A DNA stretch of 64,000 nt. Origin: Candidatus Cloacimonadota bacterium (GTDB taxonomy: Bacteria; Cloacimonadota; Cloacimonadia; G963667145). The stretch is taken from contig OY762940.1 of the NCBI GenBank assembly GCA_963667255.1, forward strand, positions 1,408,001 through 1,472,000, read 5' to 3'. Position 1 is the first letter of the stretch. Each line of letters starts with the position of its first letter. Position numbers and translations under genes: made by a program. The notes under the pieces were generated by a model. That model had not been told where the DNA came from. It ran no database searches and saw only the letters and a program-made list of their open reading frames with translations. Below are positions 31,505-43,074 of this stretch, piece by piece.

Positions 31505-32677
31505 TTAATCACACAACGGAGACATTTTCCTTAACCTTTTTATGCTTTTTTTGAGAACATCAACCACCGTGTTAACTTCCTCTATCGTATTGAAATAACC
31601 AACAGACAAACGAAGCGAGCCGTGAGAAATCATATCGGAAATACCCATAGCCTGCAAAACATGGGATGCTCCCGCAGAACCCGTCGTGCAAGCCGAACCA
31701 GTGGAAGCTGAAATTCCAGCAAAATTCAAATCCAAGATTATCGCCTCTCCCTCTGCAAACTCAAAACAAAAACTGGCAATTCCCGGATGCCGTTCGCTCG
31801 GATGACCTGTCAAAACCACATTGTCAATCTCACTGGTAATTCGTTGAATGAGCAAATTACTCATCTCTCTCAAATGCTTTTGATGAAACTCCAGCTCGCC
31901 ATCAAGCAACTCCAAAGCCTTGCCGAAACCGACAATTCCTGGGACATTTTCCGTGCCAGCTCTCTTCTTCCGCTCTTGAGCTCCACCCAAAATAAACGGC
32001 TCGATATTCACCTTGTTGTTCACATACAGAGCACCAACGCCTTTCGGACCGTAAATTTTGTGTGCAGAAAAACTCGCCAAATCTATACCCATCCTGCTGA
32101 CATCTATCTCAAAACTACCCAAAGCCTGCACGGCATCCGTGTGAAACAATGCTCCATTCTCATGAGCAATTTTGGCAATCTCCGCCACAGGTTGCACCGT
32201 GCCAACTTCGTTGTTCGCCATCATAATAGACACCAACGATGTCTCTTCGTTTATCTCGTTACGCAGTTGCTCCAAATCAACCTGACCATACTCGTTCACA
32301 TCCAAATACACAATATCAAAACCTTCGTCCTCCAAAGCCTGAAAAGAGTGCAAAACAGCATGATGTTCAATTTTGGAAGTAATCAGCCTATTACCCTTTC
32401 CCCGCAACATCTTAGCAACACTCCTAATCGCCCAATTGTCGCTCTCCGTGCCACCGGCTGTAAAATAAATTTCGTTAGATTTCGCACCGATACACTTTGC
32501 TATAATCTCTCTAGAGTTGTTTATCAACTTGCCGGCATCTGCTCCTGAAAAATGATAAATACTGGAAGGATTCCCAAATTGCTCAGTAAAACATGGCAAC
32601 ATCGCTTCCACGACCTCTTGGCGAACCTTGGTTGTAGCCGAATTATCCATATAAATCACAATCTCTCCCACAATCAC
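31505..32677 (-). CDS. iscS: Cysteine desulfurase
   Basis: DNSATT, GNPSS, SAHKIYGPKG, STGSAC. Confidence 0.94.
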   Translation of the reverse strand: MIVGEIVIYMDNSATTKVRQEVVEAMLPCFTEQFGNPSSIYHFSGADAGKLINNSREIIAKCIGAKSNEIYFTAGGTESDNWAIRSVAKMLRGKGNRLITSKIEHHAVLHSFQALEDEGFDIVYLDVNEYGQVDLEQLRNEINEETSLVSIMMANNEVGTVQPVAEIAKIAHENGALFHTDAVQALGSFEIDVSRMGIDLASFSAHKIYGPKGVGALYVNNKVNIEPFILGGAQERKKRAGTENVPGIVGFGKALELLDGELEFHQKHLREMSNLLIQRITSEIDNVVLTGHPSERHPGIASFCFEFAEGEAIILDLNFAGISASTGSACTTGSAGASHVLQAMGISDMISHGSLRLSVGYFNTIEEVNTVVDVLKKSIKRLRKMSPLCD

Positions 32678-33063
32678 AGCACATCTTGCAAAGTAGTCTT
32701 ATCAACCACCTCTCTGATGCTGTCATAAATTTTTTTAAAAACCTTATTGGAGATACAACTCGTCTCTTTGATGCATTGCTGTTCAGAGCCCAAACACTCT
32801 ACCGGCAAAATATCGTCCTCCAAAACTCGTAAAACCTCTCCGATGTATATCTTGTCCGCAGGGCGAGCCAAAACATATCCGCCGTATTTCCCCCGCTTGC
32901 TCTCCAAGATATTCGCTTTCTTCAACTTAGCCGCCAACTGCTCCAAATAGCTAAGAGACATATCTTGTTCACCAGCTATCACATGCAATGACATAGGCTT
33001 TTTCGACTTCGCTATATAAGCCAAAGCTCTCAGCCCATACCTACTTTTGGTAGAAAAATTCAT
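32674..33063 (-). CDS. Rrf2-family regulator (IscR/CymR-like) with three Cys
   Basis: STKSRYGLRAL, YLEQL, RG.YGGY.L, C-x6-C-x5-C. Confidence 0.9.
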   Translation of the reverse strand: MNFSTKSRYGLRALAYIAKSKKPMSLHVIAGEQDMSLSYLEQLAAKLKKANILESKRGKYGGYVLARPADKIYIGEVLRVLEDDILPVECLGSEQQCIKETSCISNKVFKKIYDSIREVVDKTTLQDVL

Positions 33064-33092
33064 ATAACCTCTCTTGGTTTCCCTCACGCTCT

Positions 33093-33117
33093 AATCCCCA
33101 GTATTTTTGTCAAGAAT
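33093..33117 (-). promoter_or_regulatory. Possible Rrf2/IscR-type operator overlapping a -35 box
   Basis: ATTCTTGACAAAAATACTGGGGATT, imperfect palindrome resembling IscR type-1 sites. Confidence 0.4.
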
Positions 33118-33131
33118 AAAATTTTGCAAAT

Positions 33132-33170
33132 AAAATAGCCTCACTCTGTCAAAAAAGTGAGGCTTAGAAA
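33132..33170. terminator. Terminator after phoU
   Basis: AGCCTCACT / AGTGAGGCT stem with A/T flanks. Confidence 0.6.
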
Positions 33171-33181
33171 AAAAATAAATT

Positions 33182-33817
33182 TCACTCAACCCAGTGCCGA
33201 ACCTCTTTGCCCTCTTCCACAAAGATACTACTTTCGGCAATATTGGTAGCCAAATCAGCAATCCTCTCGATATTCTTGGAAAAATTGTTAATAAGCAAAG
33301 CCCTGCTCACTTCCACTTGCTCTTCTATTATTTTTCGCAAAATCTCGTCCTTTAATTCATCCACAACATCGTCTTCTTTGCAAACTTTTTTTGCCAAATC
33401 ACCATCTTCCTCAAAGAAACTTTTTGAAGCGTCCATATACATTTTCTTAGTCTTTTCCAACATCTGCACAAGTTCATCTTTAAACTTCACAGACTCAATC
33501 TCCAACAATTTAGTCAAAATTACTCTGTTGTTATCGCACAAATCCCCAATTCTCTCCAAGTCGGTATTGATGCTACGAATCATCAAAACTTCCCGCAAAG
33601 TTTTGGCATGTGGAGTTTGCAATGCCAAAATATACAAAGCTCTCTTTTCCAACTCCAAATCGGTTATATCGACCTTTTTCTCCAAATCTTTTATCTTGGG
33701 CAACTCTTCCGTCTTCCCTGACTTGTATGCTCTCTCGCAAATTTCCAACATCTCCAAAATTCGCAGAGTTTGCTCTTTGAGTATTTTTTTCAACTCATAA
33801 ATATTCTTTTGAATCAT
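33182..33817 (-). CDS. phoU: Phosphate regulatory protein PhoU
   Basis: Two ERI(G/A)D repeats; pst operon context. Confidence 0.93.
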   Translation of the reverse strand: MIQKNIYELKKILKEQTLRILEMLEICERAYKSGKTEELPKIKDLEKKVDITDLELEKRALYILALQTPHAKTLREVLMIRSINTDLERIGDLCDNNRVILTKLLEIESVKFKDELVQMLEKTKKMYMDASKSFFEEDGDLAKKVCKEDDVVDELKDEILRKIIEEQVEVSRALLINNFSKNIERIADLATNIAESSIFVEEGKEVRHWVE

Positions 33818-33847
33818 AAAATTCCCATTCTCCTTAAAATCCCTCTA

Positions 33848-34600
33848 TTAACCGAAATTCCCTTGCAAATAATCTTCGGTCATCTTCTCCCTCGGATTGG
33901 TAAACATATGTCGTGTTTTGCCAAACTCTATCAAATCGCCCAAATACATAAACGCCGTGTTATCCGAAATCCTACCGGCTTGACCGATATTGTGTGTTAC
34001 TATCAAAATTGTCATTCTTTTTTTCAACTTCAGACAAAGTTCCTCTATCTTGAGTGTCGATTTCGGGTCAAGAGCGGAAGTCGGCTCATCCAGCAAAAGC
34101 ACCTTCGAATCGTTAGCGATGGCTCGGGCTATGCATAATCGTTGCTGCTGACCACCGGAAAGCTTGGTAGCACTCTTGTGCAATCTGTCCTTCACCTCTT
34201 CCCAAATCCAAGCAGACTTCAAAGAGTTTACCACCTTCTCTTCCAAATCTTTTTTGGGAACTCCTCGCAATTTGGGACCGTAGCAAATATTTTCGTAAAT
34301 AGATTTCGGAAACGGATTTGGTCGCTGAAACACCATTCCCACTTGGGTTCGCAGTTCATTCACATTGCAACTTTTATCAAAAATATCTTTGTCTTGCAAA
34401 TAAACTTTCCCCTCTATCCTCAGCACTGGCGACAAATCGTTCATCCTATTGAAAGTCCTGAGCAAAGTAGACTTGCCACAGCCAGAAGGTCCAATCAGAG
34501 CAGTAATCTTATTCGTCTCGACCTCCATATTTATATTTTTCAAAACATGGTTATCAGCAAACCACAAGTTAAAATTTTCCGTTTTTATTATACTCATCAA
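33848..34600 (-). CDS. pstB: Phosphate ABC ATPase
   Basis: [30 protein letters not shown]. Confidence 0.96.
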   Translation of the reverse strand: MMSIIKTENFNLWFADNHVLKNINMEVETNKITALIGPSGCGKSTLLRTFNRMNDLSPVLRIEGKVYLQDKDIFDKSCNVNELRTQVGMVFQRPNPFPKSIYENICYGPKLRGVPKKDLEEKVVNSLKSAWIWEEVKDRLHKSATKLSGGQQQRLCIARAIANDSKVLLLDEPTSALDPKSTLKIEELCLKLKKRMTILIVTHNIGQAGRISDNTAFMYLGDLIEFGKTRHMFTNPREKMTEDYLQGNFG

Positions 34601-34610
34601 TTTTCCTTTC

Positions 34611-35459
34611 TCATCGATTTTTTCTAATCCTGTATCTCATTACCACGGCAAGCGAACTCACTCCGACAACAAGAACTATCAGAATAAAAGCTGACCCGTA
34701 AGCTATCGGTATTTGACTCTCGGGGTGCACACCCTCGCTAACCAATGCATAGATGTGATAAGGCAACGCCAGAACTTCCGAGAACAAGCCTGTGGGCAAA
34801 AATCTGGAGTAGAAAGTCACCGCTGTAAACATAATCGGAGCAGTCTCTCCGGCAACTCTCCCGATACTTATTATCACACCAGTTAGGATATTGGGCAACG
34901 CAACCGGCAAAGCCACTTTCAAAATCGTCTGCATCTTATTCGCACCCAATCCGTAAGAAGCCTCTATGAAATCTTGCGGAACTTTGTTGAAAGCCTCGTG
35001 GGCGTTGGAGACTATCACCGGCAACACTAACACCGCCAAAGTGCAAGCCCCAGCCAACAAACTCACACCCATATTCATCATCTTCACAAATATCGTCAGT
35101 CCAAACAACCCGTAAACTATAGACGGCACTCCCGCCAATGTATCCAAGGCGATTTGCACCGTGCGTTTGAATACTCCCTCTCTGGCATAATAAGTAAGGT
35201 AAGTTGCACTCAATATCGCCAATGGCGTTGCGATAATTATCGAAACCAAGGTCAAAAGAAATGTCCCGAAAATTGCGGGGAAAACACCGCCCGCCGTCAT
35301 CTCATGTCGAGGTCTATCAGACAAAAATTCCCAAGACAACACGGACGCACCTCTGAATAGAACATCTGCCAAAAAAATCAGCAAAAATACGCAAGTAACT
35401 GCTATGCACAATATCAAAAACGCCTTGCCTAACTTGCCTTTACTGGCTCTACTCATCAT
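34611..35459 (-). CDS. pstA: Phosphate ABC permease
   Basis: [21 protein letters not shown]. Confidence 0.94.
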   Translation of the reverse strand: MMSRASKGKLGKAFLILCIAVTCVFLLIFLADVLFRGASVLSWEFLSDRPRHEMTAGGVFPAIFGTFLLTLVSIIIATPLAILSATYLTYYAREGVFKRTVQIALDTLAGVPSIVYGLFGLTIFVKMMNMGVSLLAGACTLAVLVLPVIVSNAHEAFNKVPQDFIEASYGLGANKMQTILKVALPVALPNILTGVIISIGRVAGETAPIMFTAVTFYSRFLPTGLFSEVLALPYHIYALVSEGVHPESQIPIAYGSAFILIVLVVGVSSLAVVMRYRIRKNR

Positions 35460-36322
35460 ACTTCCACTCCTCTATTGGATAGGTAATTCGCTACTAAAAC
35501 CAGTCCGAAGCAGATAATGAACAAAATCATACTAATAGCGAACAAAGCGTGATAATGACTAGAGCCTATCACAGTCTCACCCATCTCAGCGGCAACCGTC
35601 GCCGGCATCGGACGCACAGGACTAAAAATGCTCTTTGGGATTATCGCCGAGCCTCCTGCCAACATCACTACCACCATAGTCTCTCCTACCGCTCTGCCTA
35701 AGCCTAAAACCAAAGATTTCAATATTCCGCTTCTTGCAGCCGGCACAACGACCCTCACTGTGGTCTCCCACTTGTTTGCTCCCAAACCCAGCGAAGCCTC
35801 TCGCAGTGAGTTAGGGACTACAGACAAAGCGTCTTCGCTCACTGAACAGATAATCGGCACTACCATTATTCCCAACACTATCGAAGTGGTAAAAAGGTTC
35901 AATCCGATATCAGCACCCAAATAGTTTTGCACAAACGGAGACAAAACAACCATACCGAACAATCCGTAAACAACCGAGGGGATTCCGGCTAACAACTCAA
36001 TTGTCGGCTTAATAATTTCGCGGAAATTGCTCCCTGCAAATTCCGCTAAATAGATGCCGGAACCAAGTCCCAATGGAACAGCAACTGCCATAGCTCCCAA
36101 GGTTACCACGAGCGAACCGACAAGAATCGCTCCTATGCCAAATATCGGCTCTTCTGCTGTCGGTCGCCATTCGGTATTAAAGAGGAAATCTCCAAACGAT
36201 ACCGCTTTGAAAACCTTAACTCCCTCTCCAAACACGCTGAAAACTATCCCCAAGAGTGCCAACACAACACATACAGCCGATAAATAAACTAAGAAATCAA
36301 ACAATTTTTCTTTTTTCTTCAC
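35456..36322 (-). CDS. pstC: Phosphate ABC permease
   Basis: LAGIPSVVYG, GRAVGETM. Confidence 0.94.
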   Translation of the reverse strand: MKKKEKLFDFLVYLSAVCVVLALLGIVFSVFGEGVKVFKAVSFGDFLFNTEWRPTAEEPIFGIGAILVGSLVVTLGAMAVAVPLGLGSGIYLAEFAGSNFREIIKPTIELLAGIPSVVYGLFGMVVLSPFVQNYLGADIGLNLFTTSIVLGIMVVPIICSVSEDALSVVPNSLREASLGLGANKWETTVRVVVPAARSGILKSLVLGLGRAVGETMVVVMLAGGSAIIPKSIFSPVRPMPATVAAEMGETVIGSSHYHALFAISMILFIICFGLVLVANYLSNRGVEV

Positions 36323-36367
36323 AATCTCAAAATATCCTTAACATTTTATGATTCAATGCGAAACAGT

Positions 36368-37183
36368 CTAATTAATCTCAACAAAACCTTGCTTAGCTAC
36401 AATTTTTTGACCTTCTGCAGATTTTACAAAATCCAAATATTTTTTCGCCATTCCTTTGGGTTCACCATTGGTATACATTTGCAAAGATCTGGAAATAGGA
36501 TAATTACCTGACTTTATGGTTTCAATACTAATTTTCACTCCGTCAACAACCAACACATTCACATCGGGAACAATATAGCCGTAACCAACATAGCCGATAG
36601 CACCATCAGTAGTTTTCACACTCGTCACCACCGCATTGTTTGAGCCCAAATTTAAAGCCGAAGCAATTATTTTTTCCTTGTTCATCACTTTTCCCTCAAA
36701 AGTCTCAAAAGTGCCGGAAGAGGCATCTCTGCTAATCACAACAATCGTTTGGTCTTTGCCACCAAGCTGTTTCCAGTTGGTATAAGTTCCGTTGTATATT
36801 TTTCTGAGGTCGTCCAAACTGATTTTTTTGATAGAATTGTTTTTATCGGTAATCACAGCTATCCCATCGAAAGCCACAATATGCTTGGTCAACTCAACTC
36901 CACTCTTTTTGGCTTTTTCCAACTCTTTGTCCTTTGCCAAACGAGAAGCAGCACCAATATCCACAGTCCCTTCCAAAACGCTGACTATCCCTACAGAAGA
37001 ACCTCCACCACGCACACTCACATCAGCGTTATCGTTCTCATCCATAAAAGCCTCCGCTGTGGCTTGAGCGATAGGCAATACAGTGGTCGAACCCGCAATC
37101 GTAACTTTCTCTACTTTTTTACCCCATCCCCAGCAAGCACCGCTCACTGCAACTAACATCAATAAAACCAGCAATTTTTTCAT
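36368..37183 (-). CDS. pstS: Phosphate-binding protein
   Basis: AGSTTV.P, GGGSS.G, SRD..SGT, YPISR.L. Confidence 0.93.
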   Translation of the reverse strand: MKKLLVLLMLVAVSGACWGWGKKVEKVTIAGSTTVLPIAQATAEAFMDENDNADVSVRGGGSSVGIVSVLEGTVDIGAASRLAKDKELEKAKKSGVELTKHIVAFDGIAVITDKNNSIKKISLDDLRKIYNGTYTNWKQLGGKDQTIVVISRDASSGTFETFEGKVMNKEKIIASALNLGSNNAVVTSVKTTDGAIGYVGYGYIVPDVNVLVVDGVKISIETIKSGNYPISRSLQMYTNGEPKGMAKKYLDFVKSAEGQKIVAKQGFVEIN

Positions 37184-37248
37184 CTTATTCTCTCCTTTAT
37201 TTTAGCAGTTATTGATTCAGAAAATCGATTTTACAACTTCCTATTACT

Positions 37249-37302
37249 ATTATACTCTCGGAATGTTAAAATTTTATAAGGGTTTTGTTAAGATTTGGTT
37301 AA
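37249..37302 (-). promoter_or_regulatory. Pho-box array plus -10 element upstream of pstS
   Basis: TTAACC / TTAACA / CTTATA / TTAACA at 11-bp period (37297, 37286, 37275, 37264), then TATAAT at 37249-37254. Confidence 0.75.
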
Positions 37303-37307
37303 AGCAT

Positions 37308-37345
37308 AAAAAAAACGCCCAAAATTAAAAATTTCGAGCGTTTTT
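37308..37345. terminator. Terminator after clpX
   Basis: AAAAACGCCC...GAGCGTTTTT hairpin with A/T tails. Confidence 0.6.
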
Positions 37346-37363
37346 AGAAAATAATCTATCTAT

Positions 37364-38578
37364 CTAAAATTCGTAATCCGGCTTTTCGCCTTTGGTTATC
37401 ACATCCTGACCGACGACACACTTTTGCAATCCCTCAATATCCGGAACATGATACATAATATCCAACATACTCTTTTCCATAATGGAACGCAAACTGCGAG
37501 CACCCAACTTCTGTGCCATAGCCAACTCAGCGACTTTTTCCACAGCCTCGCTGGTCAAAATCAAATCAACGCCTTCCAAAGCAAACAAAGCTTGATACTG
37601 CTTGACCAAAGAGTTTTTCGGCTCTGTCAATATGCTCACTAGAGCTTCCTTGTCCAACCTGTCAAAAGTCGTAACCACGGGCAGTCTGCCTATCATCTCG
37701 GGAATAATCCCATAACGCAAAATGTCCTCATAGTTGACTTGATGCATCAGTTCCTCTTTTTGCTCGGAGGAAATTATCGTAGAGTCGAAACCGATATTTT
37801 TCTTGTTAACCCGATTTTTGATAATCTTCTCGATACCGTCAAAAGCTCCGCCCACAATGAACAAAATATTTGTCGTGTCCATTTGGATAAACTCTTGGTT
37901 AGGATGCTTCCGTCCACCCTTCGGCGGAACATTTACCAAAGTTCCTTCCAAAATCTTCAAAATCGCCTGTTGCACACCCTCACCGGAGACATCTCTGGTA
38001 ATACTGGTGCTTTCTGATTTGCGAGCAATCTTGTCAATCTCATCAACATAAACAATGCCCTTCTCAGCTTTGGCTACATCGTAATCGGCATTTTGCAGAA
38101 GACGCACCAAAATATTTTCGACATCCTCACCCACATATCCAGCTTCCGTCAAAGTAGTAGCATCGGCTATAGCAAACGGAACTTTCAGCAGTTTAGCCAA
38201 AGTTTGAGCAATGTAAGTTTTCCCCGAACCGGTCGGACCGAGCATCAAAATATTGCTTTTTTCGATTTTCACATCTCCGTCCTGTTCAGCTTTCCACACT
38301 CTTTTGTAATGGTTGTAAACAGCCACGGCGATAGTCTTTTTGGGACCTTCTTGCCCGATAACATATTCGTCCAAATGTTTCTTTATCTGCCCCGGAGTAG
38401 GCAACTTTTCGACAACTTCTCCGACATTTTCGGTCTGCTTCTCTTCCTCAGCAAAAATATTGGCACAATGAGAAACGCATTCGTTGCAAATCGCAACATC
38501 AGCAACCCTAATCAGCCTTCTGCTTTCGGACTCGCATTCTCCGCAAAACGAACATCTCTTCGCATCAAACTCAGCCAT
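37364..38578 (-). CDS. clpX: ClpX ATPase
   Basis: CSFC Zn finger, [24 protein letters not shown]. Confidence 0.98.
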   Translation of the reverse strand: MAEFDAKRCSFCGECESESRRLIRVADVAICNECVSHCANIFAEEEKQTENVGEVVEKLPTPGQIKKHLDEYVIGQEGPKKTIAVAVYNHYKRVWKAEQDGDVKIEKSNILMLGPTGSGKTYIAQTLAKLLKVPFAIADATTLTEAGYVGEDVENILVRLLQNADYDVAKAEKGIVYVDEIDKIARKSESTSITRDVSGEGVQQAILKILEGTLVNVPPKGGRKHPNQEFIQMDTTNILFIVGGAFDGIEKIIKNRVNKKNIGFDSTIISSEQKEELMHQVNYEDILRYGIIPEMIGRLPVVTTFDRLDKEALVSILTEPKNSLVKQYQALFALEGVDLILTSEAVEKVAELAMAQKLGARSLRSIMEKSMLDIMYHVPDIEGLQKCVVGQDVITKGEKPDYEF

Positions 38579-38579
38579 A

Positions 38580-39170
38580 CTAATTTTGACTCCTATTTAC
38601 CATCACCTTGTCGATAATTCCGTAATCTTTGCACTCATCCGCAGACATAAAAAAATCACGATTTGTATCTTTCTCGATTTGCTTCAAAGTCTTGCCCGTA
38701 TGCTCTTTCAAAATCCCGTTCAACTTATCGCGAATTTTTAAAATCTCCGCCGTATGTATCTCAATATCACTCGCTTGACCTTGCATACCGCCCAAAGGCT
38801 GATGAATCATTATGCGAGAATTTTTCAAGGCAAACCTTTTGCCTGCTGCTCCGCCTGCCAATAGCACCGCAGCCATGGAACAAGCCTGCCCTATACAAAT
38901 AGTGGAAACTTTGGGAGCTATAAACTGCATGGTATCATAAATCGCCAAACCGGCGGTCACAACACCACCCGGAGAGTTAATATAAAGGTAAATATCTTTG
39001 TTAGGGTCTTCACTCTCCAAGTGCAACAATTGAGCACACACCAAGTTTGCGACGGTATCATCTATCTGCGAACCTATAAAAATAATCCTGTCCTTGAGAA
39101 GTCGCGAAAAAATATCGTAAGCTCTCTCCGAACGACCAGACTGCTCCACCACCATAGGTACAAAAGACAT
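38580..39170 (-). CDS. clpP: ClpP protease
   Basis: [23 protein letters not shown]. Confidence 0.98.
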   Translation of the reverse strand: MSFVPMVVEQSGRSERAYDIFSRLLKDRIIFIGSQIDDTVANLVCAQLLHLESEDPNKDIYLYINSPGGVVTAGLAIYDTMQFIAPKVSTICIGQACSMAAVLLAGGAAGKRFALKNSRIMIHQPLGGMQGQASDIEIHTAEILKIRDKLNGILKEHTGKTLKQIEKDTNRDFFMSADECKDYGIIDKVMVNRSQN

Positions 39171-40444
39171 TATTTATCCTCTTTTTTAGTTTCTTTTTCA
39201 GAAGCCTCAGCCTCTTTTTGCTTATCTTGAGGAGTGACAATATTCATCTTCTTAGAAATTTTTTCTACAATCTTATTGTCCAGAGCAGGTGCAAAATACT
39301 TTTCCTCATCGACGATACTGTCTTTATACTTTTCCTTGTATTCCGCCAAATCCATTTTCATACCACCAGCATTAAAAGAAACAAATTTTTCTTTCTCTGC
39401 ATCTGTAAGTTTCACACCGAGGTTTTCCCTGAAGAAATCCATCACATACATCTCTTTGAGTTGAGCCTCAGCCATACCGACAAACATCGGCATCAAACTG
39501 CCCAATTGCGATTTGTAAGCCTTCGCATAAGGTTGAGCCATTTGCTGAGCATACTGATTTACCATCTCTTGAGGGACTTCCATCTCGTTCGCCTTAGCCA
39601 AAGCAACTCCCATAGCTTGCCTTTTCATAGCCATATTTTCCACATCCATTCTCGCCTTCAAATCGTCCTTGATATCGGCTTTCATAGACTTCAAATCTTC
39701 AAATCCAGCATCCTTGGCAAACTCGTCATCAATTTTAGGCAATTCCAATCTCTTGATAGCGGTAATTTTCAACTCAACCGCCTTCATATCCGAGCCGTCT
39801 TTTTCTTTGCTGTAATCCATCTCTGAGGCAAGTTCGTCACCTACTTTCACGCCTTTTAAATCCGCCTCAAATTTTTCGCCGTAAGGAGTGCTTCCATAAA
39901 TGAAATTCCTCTTAAACTCCTTACCACTCTCCACAAACTTCATATCGGCATAAATTGTATCGCCCTTTTTAGGGTCAGCATCGATATCGATAGATTGAGC
40001 CAATTTGTATCTAAGATTTTCCAATTCGGTATTAACCTCGGCAACACCGGCTTTCTTTTCCTCGAAAACCATTTCTACACCTTCGTAGTCAACCTTTTCG
40101 ATTTTCGGAGCAACCTCATACGCATACTTAACAACCAATCCATTGTCAACATCACCGCTGATATCCACGATGTTTCCGGGAGTCAAAGGCTTAATCTCCA
40201 ACTCATCCACAACATCTTTGTATTGGTCGGAAGCAAAATCTTCCTTAAACTGCATAGCAATCGAATCGCCGTATTTCTCTCTTACCATTGCCAAAGGTGC
40301 TTTACCCTTTCTAAAACCCTTGATATTCACCATCTTGGAATATTTTTTCAAAGATTTTTCATACTCCGCATTCACCAAATCAGACGGAAAAGTAACCGTC
40401 ACTTCCCTCTTACATTGGCTAATCTCTTTAAGTTCAATATTCAT
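39170..40444 (-). CDS. tig: Trigger factor
   Basis: GFRKGKAP signature, DDEFAK; tRNA-Leu-tig-clpP-clpX synteny. Confidence 0.93.
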   Translation of the reverse strand: MNIELKEISQCKREVTVTFPSDLVNAEYEKSLKKYSKMVNIKGFRKGKAPLAMVREKYGDSIAMQFKEDFASDQYKDVVDELEIKPLTPGNIVDISGDVDNGLVVKYAYEVAPKIEKVDYEGVEMVFEEKKAGVAEVNTELENLRYKLAQSIDIDADPKKGDTIYADMKFVESGKEFKRNFIYGSTPYGEKFEADLKGVKVGDELASEMDYSKEKDGSDMKAVELKITAIKRLELPKIDDEFAKDAGFEDLKSMKADIKDDLKARMDVENMAMKRQAMGVALAKANEMEVPQEMVNQYAQQMAQPYAKAYKSQLGSLMPMFVGMAEAQLKEMYVMDFFRENLGVKLTDAEKEKFVSFNAGGMKMDLAEYKEKYKDSIVDEEKYFAPALDNKIVEKISKKMNIVTPQDKQKEAEASEKETKKEDK

Positions 40445-40523
40445 CAAAACTCCTACTCCTGTAGATTAAAATCATAAAAAAAATCATTTCTCCTCCTTAC
40501 AAAAACCAAAGAGAAATGAAAAC

Positions 40524-40609
40524 TGGTGCGAGAGGGGGGAATCGAACCCCCAAGGACATAGTCCGCTGGATTCTAAGTCCAGTGCGTTTACCAATTTCAC
40601 CACTCTCGC
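40524..40609 (-). tRNA. tRNA-Leu(TAG)
   Basis: GCGAGAGTGGTGAAATTGGTAAACGCACTGGACTTAGAATCCAG...GGTTCGATTCC...CTCTCGCACCA, long variable arm. Confidence 0.95.
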
Positions 40610-40746
40610 TATCTCTCAAAAGCCACATCACATGGCAAGTAAACTAACCCCACAATTTGAGAAAGCCCCTTGATGTCAAATACTTTTTACAACAAAGCTA
40701 CTGACTATCAAGAGGCTCTAAAATTACAAGTTAATCAACAGAAACT

Positions 40747-42792
40747 TTACTCTTTGTCCTTCTCATCCATCAATTTTTGAGCCAAATCTGGTTGCAAAAT
40801 CTGATAATGAGAGAATTTTTGGATAAATCTGCCTCTGCCTTGGGTAAGCGACTTGAGAGTAGGAAAATAACTGAAAAGCTCGGACAACGGCAACAAAGCC
40901 TCAATAACCTGATTTTTGCCTTTTTGACTCATCCCATTTACCACACCTCTGCGAGACGACAAATCGCTAATCACATCGCCCATATATTGGCTCGGAATAT
41001 TAATCTCCACGATATGAATAGGCTCCAAAATCACAGGCGAAGCACTAACAAATCCCTCTTTGAGAGCCATAGAAGCGGCAGTCTTGAAGGCGGCTTCACT
41101 CGAATCAACCGTATGATAAGAGCCGTCGTAAACTTCCACGCTGATATCGGTAACAGGATAGCCGGCAACAATTCCTTTGGCAATAGTCTCTTTCAGACCT
41201 TTTTCGATAGCGGGAATAAATCCCTTGGGAATAACCCCACCAACAATTGAAGAGATGAACTTAAATCCTGTTCCTCTCTCCATAGGCGAAATCCTGAAAT
41301 ACACCTCCGCAAATTGCCCTCTACCACCCGATTGCTTTTTGTGACGATAGTGGCTCTCTGCCTTTTTGCTGATAGTCTCCATATAAGAGACCCTCGGCTC
41401 AAGCAAATCACATTTGACATTGTAGGCACTTTCCAATCTCTTCTTGATGAGGCTCAACTGTGTCAAACTGATACCCGACAAAACGGACTGTCTGGTCATC
41501 TCGTTATAATCCAAATGCAAAGTCTTATCTTCCTGAAGCACCTTTTCCAAAACTTCCCCAAGTTTGTTCTCGTCCTCTTGAGATTCGGGAACGATAGTCC
41601 TCCACACATACGGAGACGGCAAGTCTGGCGGAACAACAGTCAAACTGCTATCAGCGGTAAGAGTGTTCAAACTTTGGCAATCTTTCAACTTCACCAAAAC
41701 ACCCAACTGCCCTGCAACAAGTTCATGCACCTCTTTCCGTTTCTTGCCCACAGTCACAAACATAGAGCCGATTTTGACCTTGCTCCCCAGTTCAGGCACA
41801 TGCAAAGTATCGCCCGATTTCAAAACTCCACACATCACTCTGACATAACAAACAGTGCCCACGGAACCCTCGGAAACCGACTTGAAGATATAAGCCAAAG
41901 TCGGCAAATCTTCACTCGCTTCGATTTCCGTTCTTTCGCCACTCTTAAATACCTTAATCTTGTTGTCATCCAGCGGAGACGGAAGCTCCCTAATCAAGCA
42001 ATCCATCGTAACACGCACGGCTTTGTCCTCTACGGAAGAGCAAGCGAAAACCGGAGTGATGAGACCTTCTCTGATTCCAGATTTCAATCCTTCCAAGAGC
42101 TGATTTTGGTCTAACTCGCCCTTTTCCAGATAAATATCCAACATCTCTTCGGAAGTCTGAGCCACAGCCTCGCTGAGTATATCAAAAGCTTCTGCAACCT
42201 TGTCCTTCATCTCAGCGGGAATCTCCACTTCATTCCCATCGATGTAAGCTTTTTGCTTAATCAAATGGACAACGCCTTGAAAATCTGCACCTTGACCAAT
42301 AGGAATGCAAATAGGAGCAGGCGAAAGATTGGAATGCTCGCGAATTTCCTGCAAAACATTGTCAAAATCCGCATCTTTTTGATCCATCTTATTGATAACT
42401 ATCGCTTTGCAAATCTCGGGCTTAACCTCAAGTTTCCCGATGGCAAGCTCCAACCCCGCTTGAAATCCGGCAGTAGCATTCGCAAAAATTATAGCCGACT
42501 CCGCAGCCTTGGTCGAGACCATCTGCTCTCCGACAAAATCAGGATTGCCGGGGGTATCTATCAAATTTATCTTTGTCCCTTTCCACTCGAATTGAGCCAG
42601 AGACAAATTTATAGAGCTCTTCTGGTCAATCTCTTGAGCAGTAAAGTCCATCACCGTGTTGCCATCCTCCACTTTGCCTGCCCTGCCTATCACACCTGCA
42701 TCGGCAAGCACCTGCTCACAGAATGTCGTTTTGCCTGACCCCTGTGCTCCTACCAAAAAAAAGTTGCGAGTTTCTTTCATATCTAATATCAC
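40747..42792 (-). CDS. Elongation factor G-like protein (EF-G2)
   Basis: GAQGSGKTT, DTPG, NKMD, KKQSGGRGQF, YHTVDSSE; divergent G2 region; stand-alone locus. Confidence 0.9.
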   Translation of the reverse strand: MILDMKETRNFFLVGAQGSGKTTFCEQVLADAGVIGRAGKVEDGNTVMDFTAQEIDQKSSINLSLAQFEWKGTKINLIDTPGNPDFVGEQMVSTKAAESAIIFANATAGFQAGLELAIGKLEVKPEICKAIVINKMDQKDADFDNVLQEIREHSNLSPAPICIPIGQGADFQGVVHLIKQKAYIDGNEVEIPAEMKDKVAEAFDILSEAVAQTSEEMLDIYLEKGELDQNQLLEGLKSGIREGLITPVFACSSVEDKAVRVTMDCLIRELPSPLDDNKIKVFKSGERTEIEASEDLPTLAYIFKSVSEGSVGTVCYVRVMCGVLKSGDTLHVPELGSKVKIGSMFVTVGKKRKEVHELVAGQLGVLVKLKDCQSLNTLTADSSLTVVPPDLPSPYVWRTIVPESQEDENKLGEVLEKVLQEDKTLHLDYNEMTRQSVLSGISLTQLSLIKKRLESAYNVKCDLLEPRVSYMETISKKAESHYRHKKQSGGRGQFAEVYFRISPMERGTGFKFISSIVGGVIPKGFIPAIEKGLKETIAKGIVAGYPVTDISVEVYDGSYHTVDSSEAAFKTAASMALKEGFVSASPVILEPIHIVEINIPSQYMGDVISDLSSRRGVVNGMSQKGKNQVIEALLPLSELFSYFPTLKSLTQGRGRFIQKFSHYQILQPDLAQKLMDEKDKE

Positions 42793-42984
42793 TCCTTCCG
42801 TAGAATGCTCACACTTCAGACTGCATCCTAACTTGATTTGTCCGAAACTTCGTTCTCGTTAAAAAAAGGTCAAGATGTTTTTAGTTCCATATTATTTTGG
42901 GTAGTAAATTCTCGAACAAATGCAAGTATAAATAAAATCAGAATTGTGTTTGATGAAGTGGAGGCTCTCTGTAAGAAGATTCCA

Positions 42985-43065
42985 CCTCGTTCCCAAGCTC
43001 CCGAGGGAACGCATAAGGGAATTAGAAAGAACATATATACTCCCAATTTTGAACTTGGGAGCGAG
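42985..43065. repeat. REP-doublet (REPIN/MITE-like) element, copy A
   Basis: CCTCGTTCCCAAGCTCC...CTTGGGAGCGAG terminal inverted arms; related to 57211-57316. Confidence 0.7.
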
Positions 43066-43074
43066 AAAAAAATA

